A DNA stretch of 64,000 bases from the NCBI GenBank assembly GCA_963760795.1, contig CAVXEP010000032.1, forward strand, positions 256,001 through 320,000, in the 5' to 3' direction. A program made the position numbers and the translations under genes. This DNA is from an uncultured delta proteobacterium (lineage in GTDB: Bacteria; Desulfobacterota; Binatia; UBA9968). Of the stretch, positions 1-9,362 are shown in pieces. Numbering within the stretch: the stretch's first letter is position 1; each line of letters begins with the position of its first letter. The notes under the pieces are model-generated. The model did not search any database and was not told the origin of the DNA. It was given only the letters and a program-made list of their open reading frames with translations.

Positions 1-313
1 CACCGAGGCTTCTCGCTGATCGATGCCTTCAGTCCTTGCGTAACCTTCAATCTCGAAAACGATCACGATTTTTTCAAACAGCGCACGTTCAAGCTGGAGG
101 ATAAGAAGCATGATCCGACCGACTTCGCCGCCGCCATGAAGTATGGTTACGATTGGGGCGATGAGATCGCCATCGGTTTGTTCTGGAAACGCGACGATCT
201 GCCCGCCTTGGATCAGCTCGAGCCCGTGCTCGACGAAGGCGGTCCGCTGGCGCGCCGCTCCCTCGGAATTTCTCCGGATGTCGGCAAAATCGTTGATTCG
301 AGAGTTGATGTAA
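1..313 (+). CDS. 2-oxoacid:ferredoxin oxidoreductase beta subunit, C-terminal part (5'-truncated by window edge)
   Basis: Frame 1 from base 1 reads HRGFSLIDAFSPCVTFNLENDHDFF; SPCVTFN is the beta-subunit motif. A probable extra A near 287 shifts the true end to TAA at 311-313 (GKSLIRELM*). As written the frame runs to 387. Confidence 0.85.
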
Positions 314-323
314 CGGACCGCGT

Positions 324-390
324 CCGTCATACCGTTGAAGAACGGTATCCAGATTCTGGGGATGGACCCCGGTTTTCACCGGGGTGACGG
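324..390. repeat. REP-like double-hairpin palindromic element (GTCAT...TGAC family)
   Basis: Outer inverted repeat CCGTCA/TGACGG encloses hairpins ATACCGTT-GAAG-AACGGTAT and ACCCCGG-TTTTCA-CCGGGGT. Same architecture as 12753-12834. Confidence 0.75.
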
Positions 391-495
391 TCAGTTCGGA
401 ATGACTGAATTAAGATTCGATCTTTAGTTCACGAATTCAGCGCCCTTTGGAATAGAGCCAACGGACTTTAGTTTGCCCTCGGTTTACCCGCATCG

Positions 496-524
496 GTACG
501 GGGCAGGTTTCAAACCTGCCCTAC
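496..524. repeat. GTAG-family REP palindrome
   Basis: GGGCAGGTTT-C-AAACCTGCCC followed by TAC (reads GTAGGGCAGGTTTGAAACCTGCCC on the minus strand). Confidence 0.75.
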
Positions 525-624
525 GAAGATCCGCGCACCTCAACTTAGTCTCGCTTCCCACATAGTTGGCATCCCGCTATCGCCTCGTGATACTCCTGAA
601 ACAAAAATTTACGGGAGCGATCAC

Positions 625-1734
625 ATGAAAGATGGTTTTAAGATTCTCGATTCCGACATGCACCTGCGCGAGCCGGGGAATCTGTGGGACAAGTACATGG
701 AGCCCGAGTGGCGCGAGCGGGCGCCGAAGATTTTAAGCTCGACGGCGCGCAGCTCGGCGATGGTGATGATCGAGGGCAAGATACTTCAAGGTTACAAGCC
801 GGCTTATCGCGGCGGTATTTTCGACGCCACGCGCATCGACGAGGAGATCAAAGACTACCGGGCCAACGGTTTCGATGCCAAGAGCCAGCTTCAAGCCATG
901 GACCGCGAAGGACTCGATGTCGCGGCGCTGTATCCATCCATCGGATTGGGCATCATGATGCGCGACGAAATGGATCCTAAACTGGCCGCGGCCATCGCGC
1001 GGGCTTATAACAATTGGCTTTACGATTTCTGCCAGACCGATCCCAAGCGGTTGAAAGGCGTCGGCATGTTGCCGCTGCAAGATCCCAACGAGGCGGTGAA
1101 GGAAGCCCAGCGCGCCGTCGGCAAGCTGGGCTTTGTCGGCGTCTTCGCCCGGCCGGAGCCGATGCGCAATCTGCCCTGGCATTCGCGTTACTTCGATTCC
1201 GTGTGGTCGGCCTTGGAAGAGCTCGGTGTGCCCATCGGTTTTCACTCGGCGACGGCGGCCGGCGAAGTGGCGCAGATCGGCGATCGCTTCGGCGATAATT
1301 TGCTCCTGCGCCATGTGGTGTCGCATCCGTTGGAAAATATGGTGGCGATGGTCGACACCATCGGCGGTGGCGTCTGCGAGCGCCATCCAAACTTGAAGCT
1401 GGCATTTCTCGAATGTTACTGCGGCTGGGTGTCTTTCTTGCTTCACCGCATGGACAATGCCATGGCGAAGGGACGTTTCCCGACTGCGGGTAAGTTAAAG
1501 CCCAGCGAATATTTTCAGCGCCAGTGCTGGATCTCCACCGAGCATGAAAAAGAGTTGCCGATGATTATCGACTTAATCGGCGACGACAAAATCGTTTTCT
1601 CGACGGATTATCCCCACGGCGATTCGGATTTCCCCGAGGCGGTGGAAGAATTTCTTGAAATGAAAAACGTTTCGAAAGAGAGCCAGAAGAAAATTCTCTG
1701 GGACAATTGCGCGGCGCTGTATAACTTAACGTGA
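625..1734 (+). CDS. Amidohydrolase_2 family metalloprotein
   Basis: DSDMH, YNNWLYDFC, GFH and FSTDYPHGD motifs; GGAG Shine-Dalgarno upstream. Paralog of 14149-15285. Confidence 0.9.
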   Translation: MKDGFKILDSDMHLREPGNLWDKYMEPEWRERAPKILSSTARSSAMVMIEGKILQGYKPAYRGGIFDATRIDEEIKDYRANGFDAKSQLQAMDREGLDVAALYPSIGLGIMMRDEMDPKLAAAIARAYNNWLYDFCQTDPKRLKGVGMLPLQDPNEAVKEAQRAVGKLGFVGVFARPEPMRNLPWHSRYFDSVWSALEELGVPIGFHSATAAGEVAQIGDRFGDNLLLRHVVSHPLENMVAMVDTIGGGVCERHPNLKLAFLECYCGWVSFLLHRMDNAMAKGRFPTAGKLKPSEYFQRQCWISTEHEKELPMIIDLIGDDKIVFSTDYPHGDSDFPEAVEEFLEMKNVSKESQKKILWDNCAALYNLT

Positions 1735-1836
1735 TCAAAGTTGGCGCGTTAAGTGGTTACGAATGACAGAGTGATCAATTTTGTGATTTTCGACTTGCTC
1801 GGAATGACAACAAGGATTGGCGGGCATCGCGAACGC

Positions 1837-2893
1837 ATGAAAGTATCTCGACTTCGAAGCAAGTTTCCAAGTCATGTTCCAGATAATCAAAAATCCAAAA
1901 TGCCAAAATCCAAAATGGGTGGGGCTTTTTGCAATCGTCGTCGCGCTCACGTGTGCTGGGCGAGGGTCGACGCGCAGCAGCCGGAGAAAATCTTCCGCAT
2001 CGGTTTGCTGGATTCAAGCAATGCTTCCGGTAGGGCAGGGCTTTTGGAGGCGTTCCAGCAAGAGCTGAACAAGCTTCGATGGATTGAGGGAAAGAATATT
2101 ATCATCGAGTACCGATTTGCAGAGGGGAAACGTGAGCGCCTTCCTGATCTCGCGGCGGAGTTGGTTCGTCTTAAGGTCGATCTGATCGTGGTCGCAGGGA
2201 CGCCATCGGCGTTAGCGGCGAAGAAAGCGACTACTACCATCCCCATCGTGATGACGACCGCCGGTGACCCCGTGGGTGCAGGTTTGGTTGCCAGTCTGGC
2301 GCGGCCGGGAGGCAATGTCACGGGGTTTTCGAGTTTAGGTCGAGCTAAATACCAAACGGCTAGAGATACTGAAGGACGCAGTTCCCAAGCTCAGCCGAGT
2401 TGGACTTTTGCGTCTGTCGCAAGGCGGTATATCACACGAGCTCCAATTGAAAGATCTCAAGCCTGCGGCTCTGGCACTGAAGCTAAAATTGGAGGAGATC
2501 GAGACTCAACCCGACGCCAAAGGTTTAGCGAGCGCCTTTCAAACCGCAAAGCAAAAGCAGGTCAACGCGATGACGATGATCCCCACTGGTCCCTTTTTCG
2601 CCGAAAGAAAGCGGATCGTCGAGCTTGCCGGCAAATACCGGTTGCCGGCTATTTACCCAGACAAGGAGTTTGTCGATGAGGGCGGTTTCATGTCCTATGG
2701 GGCGGACCTCATTGACCTCTATCGGCGCACGGCTGTTTACGTGGACAAGATCTTGAAAGGCGCCAAACCGGCTGATTTGCCGGTGCAGCAGGCAACGAAG
2801 TTTGAGTTTGTCATCAATCTGAAGGCGGCGAAACAGATCGGGCTGACACTCTCGCCGGAGTTTCTCTCGCGGGCGAATCGGGTCATCAAGTAA
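1837..2893 (+). CDS. ABC transporter substrate-binding protein (ABC_sub_bind type), frameshifted
   Basis: Pieces in several frames join up: signal peptide KWVGLFAIVVAL, AQQPEKIFRIG, IEYRFAEG, DPVGAGLVASLARPGGNVTG, GGFMSYG, VDKILKGAKPADLPVQQATKFEFVINLK. Indels near 1900-1960 and 2340. Confidence 0.85.
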
Positions 2894-3001
2894 TTTTGGA
2901 TTTTAGATTGCCGATTTTGGATTGGGGGACTAGGACATGACAAAGATATTTTGGACTGGAATTCGGTGGCGTAGATCCGCTAATCTAAAATCCAAAATCG
3001 A
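2894..3001. repeat. Heptamer (CAAAATC/GATTTTG-type) short tandem repeats in inverted arrangement
   Basis: TTTTGGATTTTAGATTGCCGATTTTGGATT at 2894 and its inverse AATCTAAAATCCAAAATC at about 2982. The same unit occurs at about 1886-1917. Confidence 0.7.
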
Positions 3002-3015
3002 ATTGGAGGTGGACA

Positions 3016-5262
3016 TTGGCTTATCGCACCATTGGTAAAACATTACCCCGAGTCGAGGGGTACGGCAAAGTAACTGGGCAGACCAAGTACGCGGCGGATT
3101 TGCCGTTTGAAGGGCTGCTCTGGGCGAAGGTGTTGCGCGCTTCGGTGGCCCATGCGCGCATCGTCAAGGTCGATACTTCGAAGGCCAAGGCGTTGAAGGG
3201 CGTGCACGCGGTGCTTACCGGCGCGGACGTGCAAGACATCTTCGTCGGCACGCGGGTGAAAGACCAGCCGGTGTTGGCTTATGACAAGGTACGCATGGGC
3301 GGCGATGCGATCGCCGCGGTGGCGGCGGACAGCGAGGCGATTGCCGATGAGGCGATCGGTTTGATCGACGTTGACTATGAAGAGCTGCCTTACGTCGACG
3401 ATCCGGTGGAGGCGCTGAAGCCGAGCGCGCCGCTGATCCACGAGGATCGCAACAAATATAAAAACACGCCGAAGCTGCCGGAAGGGATGTCCGGCCATAA
3501 TCTGCAATCCTACGTGCGCTGGAAGAACGGCGATGTCGAGGCCGGCTTCGCTCAGGCGGCGCGGGTTTTCGAGCACACCTTTCGCACGCCGCTGTCGCAT
3601 CATGGCTACATCGAGCCGTGCGCCTGCACGGTGCAGGTTCACGCCAATGGTCAGGTTGAAGTCTGGGCGTCGAACAAGGGGCCTTGGGGCTTGCGCGAGC
3701 AGATGGCCGAAGACTTCGGCGTGCCGCAGGAGAAGATCAAAGTTCACATCGTCCACGTCGGCGGCGATTTCGGCGCCAAGGCGTCGTTGATCGACGTGCC
3801 GATCGCTTATTACTTAGCCAAAGCTGTCGGCGGCAGGCCGGTCAAGTTAGTGCTCGACTACAACGAGGAAATCTTGATCGGCGGCCATCGCCATCCGTCT
3901 GTAATCACGGTGAAGACCGGTGTCGCCGCGGATGGCACGCTGCTGGCGGTGAAAAGCGATATTTACTTCAGCGGCGGCGCTTACGGATCGCAGAAGGCCA
4001 ATCCGCAAGTCACCGTGCTTGGCGGGCGGCGTTTGGCGAGCATGTATCGCTGTCCGGCCATCGATGTGCAGACTTTCTGTTCGTACACCAATCAAGTGCC
4101 TTGCACCCAGACGCGCACGCCGGGGAGTCCGCAAGTCGTCTTCGCCTTCGAATCGCAGATGGACATTATCGCCAAGGAGATGGGCATCGATGCCCTGGAG
4201 CTGCGGCGCAAGAATATTTTGCACGACGGCGACGCCAATCCCATGGGCGAAAAGTGGAATCACATCCTCATGGGCGAAGTGCTGGAGCGCATCGTCAAAA
4301 CTTCCGGTTGGAAAAAAGGCGGCGCCAAGAAGAATCGCGGCTGGGGCATGGCGCTCTACGATCGCGGCACGCCGGAAGGCAAGGCGAGCTCGGCGTTGAC
4401 GCTTGAGGCCGACGGCCGAGTGAATATTCTCACCGGCGTGCCCGACGTCGGACCGGGCTATTACACCGTCAGCCAGCAGATGGTTTGCGAGGCGCTCGGC
4501 TTGCCACCGGAAAAAGTCGGCGTGGTTTTCAAAGACACCGACAGCTTGCCCTTCGATCCGGGCACGGGCGGCAGCAAGCAAACCAATACTTCCGGCCACG
4601 CGGTCAACCAGTCGGCGCAGGAAGTGCGCGCCAAGTTAGTCGCCCTGGCGGCGCGCGAGTTGGGTTGCCAGGCCGAGGAGATTCAGCAACAGGGCGGCAA
4701 ACTCACGGCGCCCAACAAGCAGTCGACGACCACCGAGAAGATGATCGCGCTCGCCGTCAAAGAAAATGGCGGCCCGGTATTTCATCTGACCAACTATGTG
4801 CCGAAGGATATGCCGAAAGTCACCGGCTTCGCCGCTCAAGTGGCCGAGGTTGAAGTCGATCCGACCACCGGCGGGGTCAAGGTTTTGAATCTAACCACGG
4901 CCCACGACACCGGCACGGTGCTCAATCATCTGACGCTCACAGGGCAGATCGAGGGCGGTATCGTTACCGGCTTTGGCTTCGCCTTGATGGAAGAGAATCC
5001 GCTGGTGGACGGCAAGATCGCGACCCTGAACCTGGGCGAAGCGAAACTGCCGTGCATCGCCGACGTGCCGCCGTTGAAGACGGTCCTGGTCGAAAGCCCG
5101 ACGGGGCCGACGCCCTATGGCGGCAAGGCCATCGCCGAGAATCCCAACGTGCCGACCGCGGCGGCGATCGCCAACGCTATCGCTGATGCCTGCGGCGTGC
5201 GACTGTTCGAGCTGCCGCTCAACGCCGAGAAAATTTACTGGGCGATGAATCGGAAGAGTTAG
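3016..5262 (+). CDS. Xanthine dehydrogenase family molybdopterin-binding large subunit
   Basis: TTG start after GGAGG; KVTGQTKYAAD, HGYIEP, GGDFGAK, AEVEVDPTTG, GQIEGG and KAIAE motifs; 748 aa. Confidence 0.93.
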   Translation: MAYRTIGKTLPRVEGYGKVTGQTKYAADLPFEGLLWAKVLRASVAHARIVKVDTSKAKALKGVHAVLTGADVQDIFVGTRVKDQPVLAYDKVRMGGDAIAAVAADSEAIADEAIGLIDVDYEELPYVDDPVEALKPSAPLIHEDRNKYKNTPKLPEGMSGHNLQSYVRWKNGDVEAGFAQAARVFEHTFRTPLSHHGYIEPCACTVQVHANGQVEVWASNKGPWGLREQMAEDFGVPQEKIKVHIVHVGGDFGAKASLIDVPIAYYLAKAVGGRPVKLVLDYNEEILIGGHRHPSVITVKTGVAADGTLLAVKSDIYFSGGAYGSQKANPQVTVLGGRRLASMYRCPAIDVQTFCSYTNQVPCTQTRTPGSPQVVFAFESQMDIIAKEMGIDALELRRKNILHDGDANPMGEKWNHILMGEVLERIVKTSGWKKGGAKKNRGWGMALYDRGTPEGKASSALTLEADGRVNILTGVPDVGPGYYTVSQQMVCEALGLPPEKVGVVFKDTDSLPFDPGTGGSKQTNTSGHAVNQSAQEVRAKLVALAARELGCQAEEIQQQGGKLTAPNKQSTTTEKMIALAVKENGGPVFHLTNYVPKDMPKVTGFAAQVAEVEVDPTTGGVKVLNLTTAHDTGTVLNHLTLTGQIEGGIVTGFGFALMEENPLVDGKIATLNLGEAKLPCIADVPPLKTVLVESPTGPTPYGGKAIAENPNVPTAAAIANAIADACGVRLFELPLNAEKIYWAMNRKS

Positions 5263-5390
5263 CCACAGCTTCGACTGTTTCAGGACGATCAGGAATTCAA
5301 AGGAATGCAGAAAAGAAATCGGAGGAATTGCCGCAATGGCGTTACAAAGTTGACGGGCTGCCCTGTCATCCCGAATGTGGGTTTATTTAT

Positions 5391-6560
5391 ATGAATAAGA
5401 TCGAATGGGCAAAAATCCTACTGGCGTTTTCGCTGTCGAGGCTGGTCCTGGCCATTGGCATAGCCTGGTTCATCATCGGAGAAATACGCCCGACTCTTGC
5501 CGCTGAATCAAAGTGGCAGGCCGAGTGGGATCGCACGGTGCGCGCTGCCGAGCAAGAGGGGCAGGTCAGCGTATCCATCGGCGGCTACGGCGCGCTTATC
5601 GAATTCGGCGCATTTCAGAAGGCCTATCCCAAGATCAAGGTCAATTACATCACCGGCGCGGGCACCGATATTACCCAGCGCATCGTTGCCGAGCGGCGGG
5701 CTGGCAAGTATCTGCTCGATGTCTACAACGGCGGCGGCGTCTCGCTCCACCAAACCCTCTACTTGGGCAAGATGCTCGAGCCGATCAAGCCGGCGTTGAT
5801 CCTCCCGGATGTCTTGGACCCCAGCAAGTGGTGGGAAGGCAAACATAAATACTCCGACAAAGAAGGCGAGTATGTTTTCGTCTACGAAGGCAATGTCTCG
5901 GCCGGCGCAGGCGCCGCCTTCAATACGCAGCTTCTCGATGCGCGCGAGTACAAGAGTTACTGGGATTTGTTCAATCCAAAGCTCAAGGGCAAGATCCTTT
6001 CCAGCGATATTCGCCGCGTGCGCGGCGCGGGAATTCCCTGGCAATTCCTCTACTATAGTCCTGAGATGGGGCCAAAGTTTTTGCGCCGCTTCTTCAGTGA
6101 AATGGACGTGACCATGAGCGCCGACATTCGTCAATCGGTGGATTGGTTGGGCACGGGTAAATATAGCCTGATCCTGCCGATCCAAGGTGGCCAGGTTCAT
6201 CGGGCCAAAAATCAAGGGCTGCCGGTGGAAGAATTCGAACCTTATCATTTCAAGGAAGGCGTAAACTTGTCCTCGGCTTTCGGCTCCCTGGCCCTGATGA
6301 ATCGCGCGCCCCATCCCAACGCGGCCAAGGTGTTCATCAATTGGCTGTTGTCACGCGAAGGCCAGACGCTGTTTCAGAAAATCATCAGCGTCCCCGGCGA
6401 CGCGCGCAATTCGCGGCGTATCGACGTGCCCAAGGATCATGTGCCGGCCAGCGAAACGCGCAGGGACAAGATGGCCTATTTCGATACCGACGATCCAGAT
6501 ACCAAGGATCTGGCGCCGCTCTACAAATTGCTTGACGAAGTCCTGCCGGCGAAAAAGTAG
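5391..6560 (+). CDS. Extracellular solute-binding protein (AfuA/SBP_bac_6-like)
   Basis: Signal peptide, AAEQEG, SYWDLFNPKLKGK and APHPNAAKVFINWLLSREGQ. Confidence 0.88.
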   Translation: MNKIEWAKILLAFSLSRLVLAIGIAWFIIGEIRPTLAAESKWQAEWDRTVRAAEQEGQVSVSIGGYGALIEFGAFQKAYPKIKVNYITGAGTDITQRIVAERRAGKYLLDVYNGGGVSLHQTLYLGKMLEPIKPALILPDVLDPSKWWEGKHKYSDKEGEYVFVYEGNVSAGAGAAFNTQLLDAREYKSYWDLFNPKLKGKILSSDIRRVRGAGIPWQFLYYSPEMGPKFLRRFFSEMDVTMSADIRQSVDWLGTGKYSLILPIQGGQVHRAKNQGLPVEEFEPYHFKEGVNLSSAFGSLALMNRAPHPNAAKVFINWLLSREGQTLFQKIISVPGDARNSRRIDVPKDHVPASETRRDKMAYFDTDDPDTKDLAPLYKLLDEVLPAKK

Positions 6561-6569
6561 CGTGAAGCC

Positions 6570-7713
6570 ATGAGCCCAAGAATCGTTGTCTATTTGCGGA
6601 TGGTTGCCGCCTTGGCGGCGGCGCTTTGGGCGGCTGAGCCGCTACTGGCGGCGCAAAGCGAGGCTAACTGGCAGGGGCAATGGGACAAGACGGTGGCCGC
6701 GGCCAAAAAGGAAGGGCGGCTCAATTTCTACGTCGGCCGCTATGGCAGCGAGAAATTGTTGAATGAGTTTCGCAAGGAATTCCCCGAGATCAAGATCGTC
6801 AGCACCAACGGCGCCGGCAACTCGCTGGGGACGCGGATTGTCGCTGAAGCGCGCGCCGGCAGTCATGGTTGCCGATCTCTACAGCGGCGGCGCGGTGACC
6901 AACTTCGAGTTTCTTTACAAGGGCAAGGTGCTCGACTCGATCAAGTCAGCTTTAGTGTTGCCGGAAGTGCTCGACGAGTCCAAATGGTATGGCGGCAAGC
7001 ACCGCTACAACGACCCGGAACAGCAGCATGTGTTTATCTACATCGCCAATCCGACTTCGGCGAGCTTTTATTACAATACCAATATGGTCAATCCCAAGGA
7101 GTTCAAATCGTTCTGGGATTTGGCCCAGCCCAAGTGGAAAGGCAAATTCGTCTCCCAAGAGCCGACCGGAACTGGCATCGGGCCGTCGCTGCAATTTTTC
7201 TATTATCATCCGGAGCTCGGGCCGGAGTTTTTGCGCAAGCTGTTTGTCGACCAGCAGCCGGTCTATTCGAAAGACCGCCGCCAGATGACCGATTGGCTGG
7301 CCCAGGGAAAGTTCGCGTTGTGCATGGGCTGCCGGGATTCGGAGAAGGCCAACAAGCAGGGACTGCCGGTGGATGATCTGGACATGGTCGATTGGAAGGA
7401 AGGCGCGCATATTTCTTCCGGCGGCGGTTCTCTCGGTTTGATCAAAGGCGCGCCGCACCCCAACGCCGCCAAGTTGTTCATCAATTGGTTTTTGTCGCGC
7501 CGTGGCCAGATCGCCCTGCAGACCTACGAAGATCTCTATGGTGAAGACCCGCCCAACTCGCGGCGCGTCGATATTCCCAAAGACGCTCTTCCGGCTACCA
7601 GCAGGCTCGTGGAAGGGCGGCGCTACTTCGACTTCTCCGACCCCAAGCATTCCGATATGACGCCGATCTTTCAATTGACCAGGGAATTTATGAAAGGGCG
7701 TGAAGGAAAATAA
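6570..7713 (+). CDS. Extracellular solute-binding protein, one frameshift near 6865
   Basis: N-terminus in ORF 6570-7376 and the rest in ORF 6763-7713; colinear with the intact paralog at 7716-8843. Confidence 0.88.
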
Positions 7714-7715
7714 AC

Positions 7716-8843
7716 ATGATAGCTGTTCAGTTGATCATTCTGATTCTCGCTGCCCTTGGCTGGGTGCCGTCTGGTGTTGGCGCCGATGCCAAACCGGTCT
7801 GGCAAGCGAGTTGGGAGAAAACCGTCGCCGCGGCAAAGAAAGAGGGCAAGCTCAACTTCTACGTCGGGCGTTACGGTAGCGAGCCGTTGCTGAACGAGTT
7901 CCGCAAGGAATTTCCCGAGATCAAACTGGTCACGGTGAATGGCGCCGGTAATACGTTGGGCACGAGAATCATAACCGAGACCCGTGCCGGCCATGTGCTC
8001 GCCGATCTGTTCAGCGGTGGGGCGAATACCAATTACGAAGTGCTCTATGAAGGCAAGGCGCTCGATTCGATCAAATCGCTGTTGGTTCTTCCCGAAGTCC
8101 TCGACGAAACTAAATGGTTGGAAGGCCGGATTCGCTACACCGATCCCGAGCAGCGCCATGTGTTGATCTATATCGCTAATCCGTCGTCCTCGGGCTTTTA
8201 CTACAATACGAACTTAGCGAGTCCGAAAGAGTTCAAATCCTATTGGGATTTGGTTAATCCGAAATGGAAAGGCAAGTATGTTTCTCAGGATCCGTTGGAA
8301 ACGGGACTGGGCGCGTCGCTGCAGTTCTATTACTATCATCCCGAGTTGGGCGCCGATTACATCCGCAAGCTCTTCGGTGATATGCAGCCGGTATACGGCC
8401 GTGACCGCCGGCAGATCACCGATTGGCTGGCGCAGGGACGTTATGCCATGTGCGTCGGTTGCCGCGATACCGCCCGGGCCAAGTCGCAGGGACTGCCGGT
8501 GGACGAACTCGACAACGTCGACTGGAAAGAAGGCGTGCAGCTAACCTCCGGCGGCGGTTCCATGAGTTTCATCAAAGGCGCGCCCAATCCCAACGCGGCC
8601 AAGGTTTTCGTCAACTGGTTTCTCTCCCGCCGCGGCCAGATCGCCCTGCAAAAGTATCAGGACCTCTACGGCGAAGACGCCCCCAACTCACGCCGCACCG
8701 ATATCCCCAAAGACGTCTTAGTCCCGGTCAACCGCATGCAAGCCGGCAAACGGTATTTCGATGTCTCCGATCCCAAGTACGCCGACATGACGCCGATGTT
8801 CGATCTGCTCAAGCAGATAGTGAAGGTGAAAGAGGGGAAGTAG
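7716..8843 (+). CDS. Extracellular solute-binding protein (tandem paralog)
   Basis: Signal peptide, AAKKEGKLNFY and APNPNAAKVFVNWFLSRRGQ. Confidence 0.9.
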   Translation: MIAVQLIILILAALGWVPSGVGADAKPVWQASWEKTVAAAKKEGKLNFYVGRYGSEPLLNEFRKEFPEIKLVTVNGAGNTLGTRIITETRAGHVLADLFSGGANTNYEVLYEGKALDSIKSLLVLPEVLDETKWLEGRIRYTDPEQRHVLIYIANPSSSGFYYNTNLASPKEFKSYWDLVNPKWKGKYVSQDPLETGLGASLQFYYYHPELGADYIRKLFGDMQPVYGRDRRQITDWLAQGRYAMCVGCRDTARAKSQGLPVDELDNVDWKEGVQLTSGGGSMSFIKGAPNPNAAKVFVNWFLSRRGQIALQKYQDLYGEDAPNSRRTDIPKDVLVPVNRMQAGKRYFDVSDPKYADMTPMFDLLKQIVKVKEGK

Positions 8844-8858
8844 CCGGTCGCTAAATTC

Positions 8859-9149
8859 ATGCCGACGCAGATTCATATCTATACCATCAATCGCGGCAGT
8901 CTCGATGAGTTTGCCACCGAGTGGCGCGACAAGATCAAACCATTAAGAGAGAAGTTTGGTTTTCATGTGAGTGGCGGCTGGAAGGTGAAAGAGACCAACC
9001 AATTCGTTTTGTTTCTGAGCCGCGACACTGAGGACGATTGGGAGTCGCAGAATCAAGCGTTCTATCAGTCAGACGAACGGCATTTGCTGCAACCCGATCC
9101 TGCCCGGCATATTGCCCGGGTGGAACAGTATTTTGTCGAGGTGGTGTAG
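8859..9149 (+). CDS. NIPSNAP family protein
   Basis: 96 aa with pattern QIHIYTINRGSLDEF...W...IKPLREKFGF...W...NQFV...FYQSDER, typical of the NIPSNAP ferredoxin-like fold. Confidence 0.7.
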   Translation: MPTQIHIYTINRGSLDEFATEWRDKIKPLREKFGFHVSGGWKVKETNQFVLFLSRDTEDDWESQNQAFYQSDERHLLQPDPARHIARVEQYFVEVV

Positions 9150-9169
9150 CTCGGTCGCAAAATACAGAA

Positions 9170-9303
9170 GGGCACCCCCGGGGGGTTGGCCCTACGATTC
9201 TGATTTCGCACCGTTGGTATGGCAATAGTTGGACGCGCCCGCGCATGGTGTAAACAGTTCAAATAGGTGGATCCAAGAGGCCGGGTTTAAACCACGCCCC
9301 TAC
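9170..9303 (-). repeat. Two GTAG-family REP palindromes between convergent genes
   Basis: Minus strand reads GTAGGGCCAACCCCCCGGGGGTGCCC (9170-9195) and GTAGGGGCGTGGTTTAAACCCGGCCTC (9277-9303). Confidence 0.65.
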
Positions 9304-9362
9304 AAGACTCAACTCCTTTTAACGTTTTTTGCGCCCTTGCGGTTGATTCCCAGATTCCGAAT

